Source: an uncultured delta proteobacterium
GTDB lineage: Bacteria; Myxococcota_A; UBA9160; SMWR01
Reading direction: 5' to 3'
DNA: 64,000 bases
NCBI GenBank assembly: GCA_963832165.1
Contig: CAWHTE010000005.1
Location: 32,001 to 96,000, forward strand
This document shows positions 1 through 9,745 of this stretch, piece by piece. Position 1 is the stretch's first letter. Each line of letters starts with the position of its first letter. Both the position numbers and the translations under genes were made by a program. The notes below the pieces were generated by a model that was not told where the DNA came from, did no database searches, and worked only from the letters and a program-made list of their open reading frames with translations.

Positions 1-2
1 TT

Positions 3-1577
<1,575 letters not shown>

Positions 1578-1642
1578 GCCGGAGATTAATGGCGTGGCCG
1601 CAACGGGTCAACGGTGCGCCGACCTCCGACCCGATTCCCCCG

Positions 1643-3178
1643 CTACGGCACCAGACGCGTGAGCAGCTCGCGCAGCGCCGCCGTGGCCGCAGCCGGGACC
1701 TCGGGCGTGACCGCGAGCGCTCTGCGCTCGTCGAACAGCCCGAGCTTCTCGCACAGCGATCCGACGCCGCTCTGGTCCTTGTCCTTCTCCTCGAGCAGCA
1801 CGTGGAAGCAGCGCGCGCGCGGCAGCGCGCCCACCTGCTCCACCGCCGTGCGCAGCGCCTCCGCCGACGCATCGATCCCGCCGCCGTGCACGAACAGCGC
1901 CGCGAGCGCTCCGTGTGCGGCGAGCGGCCACAGCGGCGCGAAGCGCGCCGTCGCGGGAATCTCGAACACCTCGATCGCGATCTCGTCGTCGACCGGAATG
2001 CGCAGGATCGCTGCCAGGTCCGCGTCTTCGCTGCCCGCGCGCGGCGTATGCTCGACGCCCGGCAGGCGCGCGAACAGACCCGTGATGGTGCGCGCCGCCT
2101 CGGGCTCCGACGCGAACAGCACGATCTTCGCGTCGATCGGCTGCGCGTCGCGCGGCCTGCCCTGGTCGAGCCAATCGCGCAGCCGCGCCGCGAGCGCGGG
2201 ACCGAACAGACCTCCCGCAGCCGGCTCGGGCACCGCGCCGTCCGCGCGCAGCTCGATCATGCCGCGCCGTGCCAGCGTCTGGAGGGTGCGCAGCACCTGG
2301 TAGTCGGGGAACGTGCAGCGGTCGAGCACCTCGGACACGCGGCTCGACAGCTCGAGCATCATGAACACTTCCTGGGTCAGCGGGTGCAGCACGCTGGGCA
2401 GCGACGAACGCGCCACCTTGAGCGCGACGCGCGCGTGCGGCGCGGGCAGATCCTGGCCACTGCGCTGCCACTCGTCGGCCTGGCGCTGCGCCTCGCGCAG
2501 CAGCGCGCGCGTGGGCCGCTCGATCGAGCCGCGCTCGCGCACCACCAACTGCTCGTGGAACGAGAAGCTGCCGCGGCGCCACGCGAGCAGCCGGAACAGC
2601 GCCTTCTCTCCTTCCACGCTGCCGACGCGCGCCTGCACCACGTCGCCGTCGCACAGGTCGATGCGGCCACTCGGAGCGCGCCGCCCGGTTCCGTCGCGCA
2701 GCTCGATCACACCGGTCTTGCGGTTCACATGGAACAGCTCGATCAGCTCGGGCAGCGAAATCTGGGACAGCTTGCCCTCGACACCGGGCGTACCCGTCCC
2801 CGCGACCGGCTGCGGGCTCCGCTCGCGCAGCAGCGCCTCGATGAAGCGCGCGATCGTCTCGGGGTCGGCGCGGCCCGGAATCACGCGCCCGAGCGCGGGC
2901 GAGGCGGCCGACTCGTCGTGCTCTCCATCGTTCACGAAGAGCATGCGCATCGCGCAGGTGTGCGGGTTGGTCTGCAGGATCTCCGCGAGGCGCGTGCCAT
3001 CGATCAGCGGCAGCGCGACCTGCGCCACCATCGCGGCGGGCTTGTCCGCGAGCGCGATCTCGAGCGCGGCGGCGCCGTGGCTGGCCAGGATCACGTCGAT
3101 CCCGAGCTGGCGGCACGCGTTCGCGATCTTGCGCGCGCGCTCCGCGTCGCCGTCTGCGACCAATACCCGGAGCGCCAT
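1643..3178 (-). CDS. Pseudo-receiver + DUF4388 + degenerate small-GTPase-like domain protein
   Basis: N-term REC fold (RVLVADGD, ALPLIDGTRLAEIL); GKLSQISLPELIELFHVNRKTGVI is typical of DUF4388; C-term EVFEIPATARFAPLWPLAAHGALAALFV resembles the MglA/CvnD G3 region. Confidence 0.75.
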   Translation of the reverse strand: MALRVLVADGDAERARKIANACRQLGIDVILASHGAAALEIALADKPAAMVAQVALPLIDGTRLAEILQTNPHTCAMRMLFVNDGEHDESAASPALGRVIPGRADPETIARFIEALLRERSPQPVAGTGTPGVEGKLSQISLPELIELFHVNRKTGVIELRDGTGRRAPSGRIDLCDGDVVQARVGSVEGEKALFRLLAWRRGSFSFHEQLVVRERGSIERPTRALLREAQRQADEWQRSGQDLPAPHARVALKVARSSLPSVLHPLTQEVFMMLELSSRVSEVLDRCTFPDYQVLRTLQTLARRGMIELRADGAVPEPAAGGLFGPALAARLRDWLDQGRPRDAQPIDAKIVLFASEPEAARTITGLFARLPGVEHTPRAGSEDADLAAILRIPVDDEIAIEVFEIPATARFAPLWPLAAHGALAALFVHGGGIDASAEALRTAVEQVGALPRARCFHVLLEEKDKDQSGVGSLCEKLGLFDERRALAVTPEVPAAATAALRELLTRLVP

Positions 3179-5017
3179 CTAGACGACCCTCGGCACGCGC
3201 AGCTCGCGCTGCAGCCGGAATGCCAGCGACTCTGCGAGCGAGCGGTCGCTCGAGTGGAACCAGCGCACGCGGCCGGGCTCCGACGAGGCCTCGTCCGCGA
3301 CCAGCACGTACGAGGGTCCGTCGCCGAAGTGCACCGCGAACGGCGGCCCCGCGAGCGAGTTCGCGGGGAGCCAGGTGATGCCGTCCTTGGCCATGGCGAC
3401 CCCGGTCGGCTCCGCGAGCACGACGAGGTCGGTGCCGCACGGCGAGTCGGAGCGCTGGCGCAGGCCCTCGGCGAGCGCATCGCCGAACAGCGCGCCGGGT
3501 CGGCAGAACATCAGGTTGCGCTCGCGCGGCCGGCGGCCGACCTCGGAGATCGCGAACCGGAACAGCGAGGCGACCGCTGCGGCCGGCTCGCCCTCGCCGC
3601 TCTCGATCAGGCGCGCGAGCGCGTCTCCGATCGGAAGCGCCGCGAGCCGCCGCTCGCGCTCGCGTGCGCGGCGGTCGTCGGCGATGCGCCGTTCGAGCAC
3701 GCGCAGGATCATCTCGAGCTGCGTGCCGTCGCCGGGATAGCTGACGCTGCCCACGATCACCTGCGGGCGCAGCGCGGGCTTGATCGAGGTGATCGGCTCG
3801 CTGCGCTCGAGCGCGAGGCGCGTGCGCTGCTTGAACGTCGCGGCGCCGACCGCGGCGGTCTCCGCGAGCAGCACGTAGAACTCGCCGTCCTGGTCCACGG
3901 CGAGCAGATCGGTCGCGCGCATGAGCCGGGAGAAGAGGCGCGCGAGCGAGGCGTGCCAGGTGCGGAACGCCGTATCGTCGAGTCGCTCGCGCAGCGGCTC
4001 GAGCGGCTCCACCGTCGCGTGCAGGACCGAGAAGCTGCGACCGAAGCGGTTCGCCTTCTCGATCTCGTTGCGCACCACGTCGTGCAGATATTCGATCCGG
4101 TAGGCGCCCGAGTCGGGGTCCTGCAGCGTGCGCCGCTCGAGGCGCGCGAAGCGTTCCGCGTTGCGATAGGCGGCGTCTGCGAACGACAGGAATTTCTCGG
4201 CCGCGGCGCGGTCGACGTCGTCGAAGAGCTCGCCGCCGACCTTGTCGGTGAGCCGGAACAGGCCGTCGAGCTGGCCGGCCTGGCGCAGCGCCACGACCAG
4301 CGCGGGCCGCCGCGCGCCGCTCTTGTCGCTCCAGTCCACGACCGCGGTGGCCGCGTCGCTCGCGCGCAACGCCTGCGGCAGCTCGCCCAGCGCGAGCTCT
4401 TCGCGCTCCTCGTCGATCCGCACGAGTCCGTGCGCAGCGGCGATCTTGAGCTCGTCCGATGCGCCCTCGCCCCGCCACCAGAGCACGCCGCCCTGGGCGC
4501 CCGTCTCGCGGCACAGGCCCTCGAGCACCTTGACCGAGAGCGCGTCGAGCGTGGGCGCGCGGAACAGCGCGAGCGCGCGCTCGAACAGCGCGCGCTCGCC
4601 CAGGAACTCGATGTTCTCGGCGAGCAGGCGGTCGCGCTCCTGGCGCAGCCGCGCGCGCTGGAGGATCCCCTCGAGCGCAGTCGCGAGCGTCGTGCGGTCG
4701 AATGGCTTGAGCAGGTAGTCGGTCGCGCCGACCTTCATCGCGTCGACGGCGCTCTGCACGTCGACGACGCCCGTCACGACGATGATCTCCTGGTCCGGGT
4801 CGCGTTCCTTCACGCGCTGGACCAGGTCGATCCCCGTCATCACGGGCATCACGAGGTCGGTCACGATCACGTCGAACACGGCGTGATCGAGCAGGCGCAG
4901 TGCTTCCTCGCCGCTCGCGCAGGTCTGCACCTCGAAACCCTCTTCGACGAGCAGGCCCTCGATCAGCTCGCGGAAGTAGCGCTGATCGTCGACCGCGAGA
5001 ATCCGGCCCCTGGGCAT
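3179..5017 (-). CDS. Response regulator with REC, GAF-like and degenerate GGDEF domains
   Basis: ATG at 5017 inside ORF 3179-6310; ILAVDDQ...VIVTDLVMP...YLLKPF (intact REC); LQDPDSGAY...EIEKANRFGRSFSVL (GGDEF start); signature reads DQDGEF. Confidence 0.85.
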   Translation of the reverse strand: MPRGRILAVDDQRYFRELIEGLLVEEGFEVQTCASGEEALRLLDHAVFDVIVTDLVMPVMTGIDLVQRVKERDPDQEIIVVTGVVDVQSAVDAMKVGATDYLLKPFDRTTLATALEGILQRARLRQERDRLLAENIEFLGERALFERALALFRAPTLDALSVKVLEGLCRETGAQGGVLWWRGEGASDELKIAAAHGLVRIDEEREELALGELPQALRASDAATAVVDWSDKSGARRPALVVALRQAGQLDGLFRLTDKVGGELFDDVDRAAAEKFLSFADAAYRNAERFARLERRTLQDPDSGAYRIEYLHDVVRNEIEKANRFGRSFSVLHATVEPLEPLRERLDDTAFRTWHASLARLFSRLMRATDLLAVDQDGEFYVLLAETAAVGAATFKQRTRLALERSEPITSIKPALRPQVIVGSVSYPGDGTQLEMILRVLERRIADDRRARERERRLAALPIGDALARLIESGEGEPAAAVASLFRFAISEVGRRPRERNLMFCRPGALFGDALAEGLRQRSDSPCGTDLVVLAEPTGVAMAKDGITWLPANSLAGPPFAVHFGDGPSYVLVADEASSEPGRVRWFHSSDRSLAESLAFRLQRELRVPRVV

Positions 5018-5046
5018 GCCTCCCCCATCGCTCAGGGGGCGTCCCC

Positions 5047-6456
5047 TCAGAGCTGAGCGCTGCGCCTCTCTACATCGGCGGAGAACCCGAGCTTCTTCAC
5101 CGGGATCCCGACCGGTTCGCCGATCAGCGAGTGCGGCGTCGCCTCGACCACGTGCACGCGCACGATCGAGCCGGGTTCCACTGCGGCTGCGAGATTTACC
5201 ACGCGGTGGTAGGGGTCGCGGCCCGACGACTGATCTCCGCGCCGACTGGTGCCCTCGATCAGCACCTCGGTCTCGCTGCCCACGCGGCGCCGGTGCGCCT
5301 CGAGCGTGAGGTCGTGCTGGAGGTTCTGGAGCTCGAGGAGGCGCTCCTGCGCGACGCCGGGGTCGACCGGATCGGCGTACCCGGCCGCGGGCGTGCCGGG
5401 CCGGGCCGAGTACTTGAACGTGTACGCGTCCACGAAGCCCACGTCGCGGAACAGCGCGAGCGTGGCGCGGAAGTCGGCGTCGGTCTCGCCCGGGAAGCCC
5501 ACGATCAGGTCGGTGGTGATCGCGACGTCGGGGCGCGCCTGGCGCAGCTGCTCGCACAGCGCGCGGTACGCGTCCGCGGTGTAGGGCCGGCGCATGCGCT
5601 CGAGCACCGCGTCCGAGCCGCTCTGCGCGGGCAGATGGACGTGCGGGCACAGCGCAGCGAGCTCGCCGTGGGCGCGCACGAGGTCGTCGTCGAAGAAGGC
5701 CGGGTGCGGGCTCGTGTATCGGATCCGCTCGATCCCGGGCACGTCCGCGAGCCGCCGCAACAGCGCCGCGAAGCTCTCGGTGCCCGCGGCGGCCGCGCGC
5801 CCGCGCCGTACGTCGTGGCGGCCGTACGCGTTGACGGTCTGTCCGAGCAGCGTGATCTCGCATACGCCCGCGTCCGCGAGCTCGCGCACCTCGGCTGCGA
5901 TCGCTTCCGCGGACCGGCTGATCTCGCGACCGCGCGTGTTCGGGACCACGCAGAAGGTGCAGAACATGTCGCAGCCTTCCATCACGGTGACGAACGCGCG
6001 CCCGGGCGTCTCGCTCGGCAGGTCGGGGTGGTGCTGCGGCAGATCGAAGCGCTCGAGCGAGCGATTCTCGTCGGTGCGCAGCCCGCGCACTCCGCGTTCC
6101 GCGGACGCGACCAGCGCCGGCACGAAGCGCAGGTTGTGGGTGCCGTAGACGAAGTCGACCGCAGCGAAGCGGCGCAGGATCGCGTCGCCCTCCTGCTGCG
6201 CCACGCAGCCCGCGACGCCGATCACGCGACCGGGCCGGCTCTCCTTCCACTCGCGCAGTCGACCGAGGTCGGAGTAGAGGCGCTGCTCCGCCTTGTCGCG
6301 AATCGAGCACGTGTTGATGATCAGGAGATCCGCGTCTTCGAGCTCTGCGGTCGCGCGATAGCCCTCACCCGACAACAGCGCCGCGACTTTCTGCGAGTCG
6401 AGCGCGTTCATCTGACAGCCGTAGGTGCGGATGTGGAAGCGTCGGAGCGCCGCCAA
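5047..6456 (-). CDS. miaB: tRNA methylthiotransferase MiaB
   Basis: TYGCQMN, NTCSIR, GCVAQ, radical SAM CDMFCTFC, LLGQTVNAYG, IVGFPGET, C-terminal TRAM domain. Confidence 0.95.
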   Translation of the reverse strand: MAALRRFHIRTYGCQMNALDSQKVAALLSGEGYRATAELEDADLLIINTCSIRDKAEQRLYSDLGRLREWKESRPGRVIGVAGCVAQQEGDAILRRFAAVDFVYGTHNLRFVPALVASAERGVRGLRTDENRSLERFDLPQHHPDLPSETPGRAFVTVMEGCDMFCTFCVVPNTRGREISRSAEAIAAEVRELADAGVCEITLLGQTVNAYGRHDVRRGRAAAAGTESFAALLRRLADVPGIERIRYTSPHPAFFDDDLVRAHGELAALCPHVHLPAQSGSDAVLERMRRPYTADAYRALCEQLRQARPDVAITTDLIVGFPGETDADFRATLALFRDVGFVDAYTFKYSARPGTPAAGYADPVDPGVAQERLLELQNLQHDLTLEAHRRRVGSETEVLIEGTSRRGDQSSGRDPYHRVVNLAAAVEPGSIVRVHVVEATPHSLIGEPVGIPVKKLGFSADVERRSAQL

Positions 6457-6662
6457 GGAGACCTCTGGAACGGGGGTCGGAAACGGACCCGCGGAACCTA
6501 CCCGAAGGCGGCCGACATGGCCCCGCGCCCCGGCTCCAACCCGGATCGAGCAAATTCTGTGTGAGAGAGCCTAATCCTCGGTTTTAGCTCCTGTTTTTCC
6601 GCGTCAGCCCCGCGCCACCCCCGGCCCGTCCCGCCCCTGTCAGCGAGAATGCGAAATAGCGT

Positions 6663-6691
6663 TTGACAAGCTTCGCGGGGCCGCTCACAAT
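6663..6691 (+). promoter_or_regulatory. Sigma70-like promoter driving the candidate sRNA
   Basis: TTGACA (6663-6668), 17-nt spacer, CACAAT (6686-6691), in an intergenic region of a very GC-rich genome. Confidence 0.7.
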
Positions 6692-6698
6692 GCGTCAC

Positions 6699-6833
6699 AG
6701 ATCCCGTTTGTGTGGAGCGGCGGTGGATCTGGCATTTCTAATCGAAATGTCCAACCTCTCACCCCCCATCATCCATCCACCGCCCTCCCCCCTTTGAACA
6801 AACGCCCCGTCGAGAAATCGGCGGGGCGTTTTG
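6699..6833 (+). ncRNA. Candidate structured C-rich small RNA
   Basis: Lies between the promoter and an intrinsic terminator; stems AGATCC/GGATCT and GGCATTTC/GAAATGTC, a C-rich tract, and an alternative 10-bp helix 6719-6728/6775-6784; no long ORF. Confidence 0.6.
6800..6833. terminator. Intrinsic terminator, probably bidirectional
   Basis: AAACGCCCCGTCGA-GAAA-TCGGCGGGGCGTTT(TGT), with U-rich tails possible on both strands; lies between the sRNA candidate and the convergent VWA gene. Confidence 0.85.
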
Positions 6834-6933
6834 TCTTCGAGCCCTGCTAGGCGCGGATCGGCGGACCGTACGGATGCGGGGCGGATGGCTTGCTGCCGAG
6901 AAGTAGAGCGCAGCCGGCCACGGGCCGTGACAA

Positions 6934-8358
6934 CTACAGAAGCAGTCCGTCGACCACCCGCGAGAGCTGGCGGAGGTTCCGGCACTCCTCGGCGACATCC
7001 GTGTACGGCAGATACTTGTCCATCACGCTGTCGCCGAAGCCCCAGGCGCTCGGGTTCTCGGGGTTGAGCCACACCACGTTCTTGGCCTTGTTGTGGATCT
7101 CGCGCAGACACCACGCGCGCGGGTCGTTGTAGTTGTTGCGCGCGTCGCCGAGGATCAGCACCGTCGTCTTGTTGTCGATCGCGGACAGGAAGTTCTGCCA
7201 GAAGTGGTGGAACGCGAAGCCGAAGTTCGAGCGCGTGTAGACGTTGATCACGTCCCCGCCCTCGAGCGCCTCCTCGATCGCGTCGTTGATGTCCTTCTCC
7301 TGGAACAGCGGCGTCACCTCGCCGAGCTCGGCCACGAACACGAACGCGCGGATCTTCGTGAACGCCTCCTGGAGCGTGTAGACGAACTGGAGCATGAAGC
7401 GCGACACGTTCGCGACCGAGGACGAAACGTCCGTGAGGATCACGAGCTTGGGCCGATCCTTCTTGCGCTGCTTGAAGATCAGCTCGAACGGGATCCCGCC
7501 GTGCGGCATGTTGCGGCGCAGCGTCTGGTGCAGGTCGAGCTTGCCGCGCTTGAGCCGCCGGCGGCGGATCGAGAGCACGTTCTTGATCCGCTGGGCGAGG
7601 CGCTCGACCACCTCGCGCATCTTGCGGATCTCCTCCTCGGTGAGGTGGTAGAAGCTCTTCTCGAGCAGCGTCTCGCGCCGGAACTTCTCCATGTAGTCGT
7701 GGTTGTGCTTCTGGAGCTCGCGCTCGGTGAACGAGCGCACGCTGCGGCGCAGCGCCTCCATGAGCCCCTCGATCAGCCGGCGCAGCGCGGCGATCTGCTC
7801 GGGCGACATGCCGGCCGCCTCGAGCCGCGCCGCAAGCTCTTCGAGCTGCTCCCCCGCGCCTTCCATGCCGAGCTGCTCGAGCGTGCGGCGGCTGAAGAAG
7901 CCGACCTGCAGGAAGTTCTCGATCCGGTCGATCCCGGCCTGCTCGGCGGCCTGGCGGATCAGGTTCTCGAGCTGGGTGAGGTCCTGGGTCAGCAGCGCGC
8001 GCGCGAGCTCGGAGAGATCCCCCGAGCTCTCTCCTTCCATGCCCTGGAGCATCTGCATGATCTGCTGGAGCAGCTGCTCGAAGTCGGCGCCCATCTCGGC
8101 CAGGCCCCCGGTGGCCTGGCCGAACGACTCGCGCAGGCTGTCGTAGAAGCCCGACCAGAACAGGTCGAAGAGCTGGTCGTAGGTGGGGACCTCTTCGCCG
8201 CGCTTCACCATCGTGGAGCGCATCGCGTCCTTGAAGATCTCCCGGTCATCGAGCGCGAGCTCGTCGAGCGCCGTGAAGGCGTCGATCGCCTCGGCCGTGG
8301 AGACGCGGATCCCGCTCTTGCGCAGGATGTTGGTGAACTCGAGGATCTTCTTCTGCAA
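6934..8358 (-). CDS. VWA domain protein, CoxE-like
   Basis: LRKSGIRVSTAE N-term, GKLDLHQTLRRNM, MIDAS motif DVSSSV, ILGDARNNY, WLNPE. Confidence 0.9.
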   Translation of the reverse strand: MQKKILEFTNILRKSGIRVSTAEAIDAFTALDELALDDREIFKDAMRSTMVKRGEEVPTYDQLFDLFWSGFYDSLRESFGQATGGLAEMGADFEQLLQQIMQMLQGMEGESSGDLSELARALLTQDLTQLENLIRQAAEQAGIDRIENFLQVGFFSRRTLEQLGMEGAGEQLEELAARLEAAGMSPEQIAALRRLIEGLMEALRRSVRSFTERELQKHNHDYMEKFRRETLLEKSFYHLTEEEIRKMREVVERLAQRIKNVLSIRRRRLKRGKLDLHQTLRRNMPHGGIPFELIFKQRKKDRPKLVILTDVSSSVANVSRFMLQFVYTLQEAFTKIRAFVFVAELGEVTPLFQEKDINDAIEEALEGGDVINVYTRSNFGFAFHHFWQNFLSAIDNKTTVLILGDARNNYNDPRAWCLREIHNKAKNVVWLNPENPSAWGFGDSVMDKYLPYTDVAEECRNLRQLSRVVDGLLL

Positions 8359-8394
8359 GGGGCCACTCTAGGTCGGGCGGATCCGTTGAAGCGC

Positions 8395-8715
8395 CTACTC
8401 GCCGGGCGGGGTAGTGCAATCGCCTTCGGAGGTGGCGCACTCGGTCTGGCAGGCCACCAGGTACTCGTTTCGCGCCGCGGGGGTCATGTCGCTCTGCGAC
8501 TCGGCGAGACTTTCGCACTCCGCGGCGCACTCGTTGGCGGTGCTCTTGCAGCACTCCGCCCGATCCGCCGGTGCCTTTTCGAGGCAGGCCTGGAAGGTCT
8601 CGTCGTAGTCCGCCGGAAGTCCGAGCGCGGGCGCGGCGACCAGTGTCGCGAGCGCCAGTCCTCGGGTCAGATGGCCGACACGGCTCCGGCTTCGGAATCG
8701 GACATGCTGGATCAC
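8395..8715 (-). CDS. Small secreted cysteine-rich protein (8 Cys)
   Basis: SD GGAGG upstream of the start; signal-peptide-like LALATLVAAPALG; fills the gap between moxR and the VWA gene on the same strand. Confidence 0.65.
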   Translation of the reverse strand: MIQHVRFRSRSRVGHLTRGLALATLVAAPALGLPADYDETFQACLEKAPADRAECCKSTANECAAECESLAESQSDMTPAARNEYLVACQTECATSEGDCTTPPGE

Positions 8716-8728
8716 GTTCGTCCTCCTG

Positions 8729-9718
8729 CTAGTGCAGTGCGCCCTTCTTCGTGGCTGCAGGCGCCGGCTCGGGCGCCGCGGCCGGCTTGGCGGCGCGCGC
8801 CTCGCCGGTCTTCTTCTGGAGCAGCTTGTCGAGCTCCGCTTGCGCCTTGCGGACGTCGCCCTCGTACTTGAGGATCACGTTGAAGGTCTGGTTCACGAGC
8901 TCCGCGTCGAGCTCCTGGGCGTTGAGCGCGAGCAGTGCGCGCGCCCAGTCGAGCGTCTCGCTGATCGACGGCGTCTTCTTCAGGTCGAGCTGGCGCAGCC
9001 GATGCATCATGCCCACGAGATCGTCGACCAGCCCCGCGGCCACGCCGGGCACCTTCGTCTCGAGGATGCGCTTCTCGAGCTCCTCGTTCGGGAAGTCGAT
9101 GTAGAGGTGGAGACAGCGGCGCTTGAGCGCGTCGCTCATCTCGCGCGCGTTGTTCGAGGTCAGGAACACGAGCGGCTTGCGCTTGGCTTCGATCGTGCCG
9201 AGCTCGGGCACCGTCACCTGGAAGTCCGAGAGCACCTCGAGCAGGAACGCCTCGAACTCGGGGTCCGACTTGTCGACCTCGTCGATCAGCAGCAGCACCG
9301 GCTCGTCCGAGGTGATCGCGGTGAGCAGCGGGCGCGGCACGATGAAGTGGTCGGAGAAGAAGACGCTGTCCTCCTTGCCGACGCGCTCGGCGGCCTCGCG
9401 CAGCGTAGAGGCCCCGGCCATCGCCTCGGTGAACCTCTCCTTGAGGATCTGCGTGTAGAGCAGCTGCTTCGAGTACTCCCACTCGTAGAGCGCCTTGGCC
9501 TCGTCGAGACCCTCGTAGCACTGCAGGCGGATCAGCTTCCGGCCGGTGGCCTTCGCGACCACCTTCGCGAGCTCGGTCTTGCCGACGCCGGCCGGCCCCT
9601 CCACGAGCACGGGCTTCTCGAGCTTGGCGGCCAGGAACACGACGGTCCCGATCTTCTTGTCACCGATGTAGTCCTGCGCCGTGAGCTGCTCGAGGACGTC
9701 GTCAATCGAATCGAACAT
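8729..9718 (-). CDS. MoxR-family AAA+ ATPase, CoxD-like
   Basis: Walker A EGPAGVGKTE, RLQCYEGLD, Walker B LLIDEVDK, ALKRRC. Confidence 0.92.
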   Translation of the reverse strand: MFDSIDDVLEQLTAQDYIGDKKIGTVVFLAAKLEKPVLVEGPAGVGKTELAKVVAKATGRKLIRLQCYEGLDEAKALYEWEYSKQLLYTQILKERFTEAMAGASTLREAAERVGKEDSVFFSDHFIVPRPLLTAITSDEPVLLLIDEVDKSDPEFEAFLLEVLSDFQVTVPELGTIEAKRKPLVFLTSNNAREMSDALKRRCLHLYIDFPNEELEKRILETKVPGVAAGLVDDLVGMMHRLRQLDLKKTPSISETLDWARALLALNAQELDAELVNQTFNVILKYEGDVRKAQAELDKLLQKKTGEARAAKPAAAPEPAPAATKKGALH

Positions 9719-9745
9719 GAAGTCTCCGTAGGGCTGGGAAACGCC

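Noticed and set aside
1589..5056. Very long plus-strand ORFs antisense to real genes (also 8732-11179, 21830-25093, 59084-61495 and many others)
   Set aside because: These are shadow ORFs typical of high-GC codon bias; they have no recognisable motifs, while the opposite strand carries clear genes.
6695..7132. Short ORFs 6695-7114, 6759-6998, 6831-7067 and 6890-7132
   Set aside because: They cross the terminator hairpin and the VWA gene end, have low-complexity translations and lack start signals.
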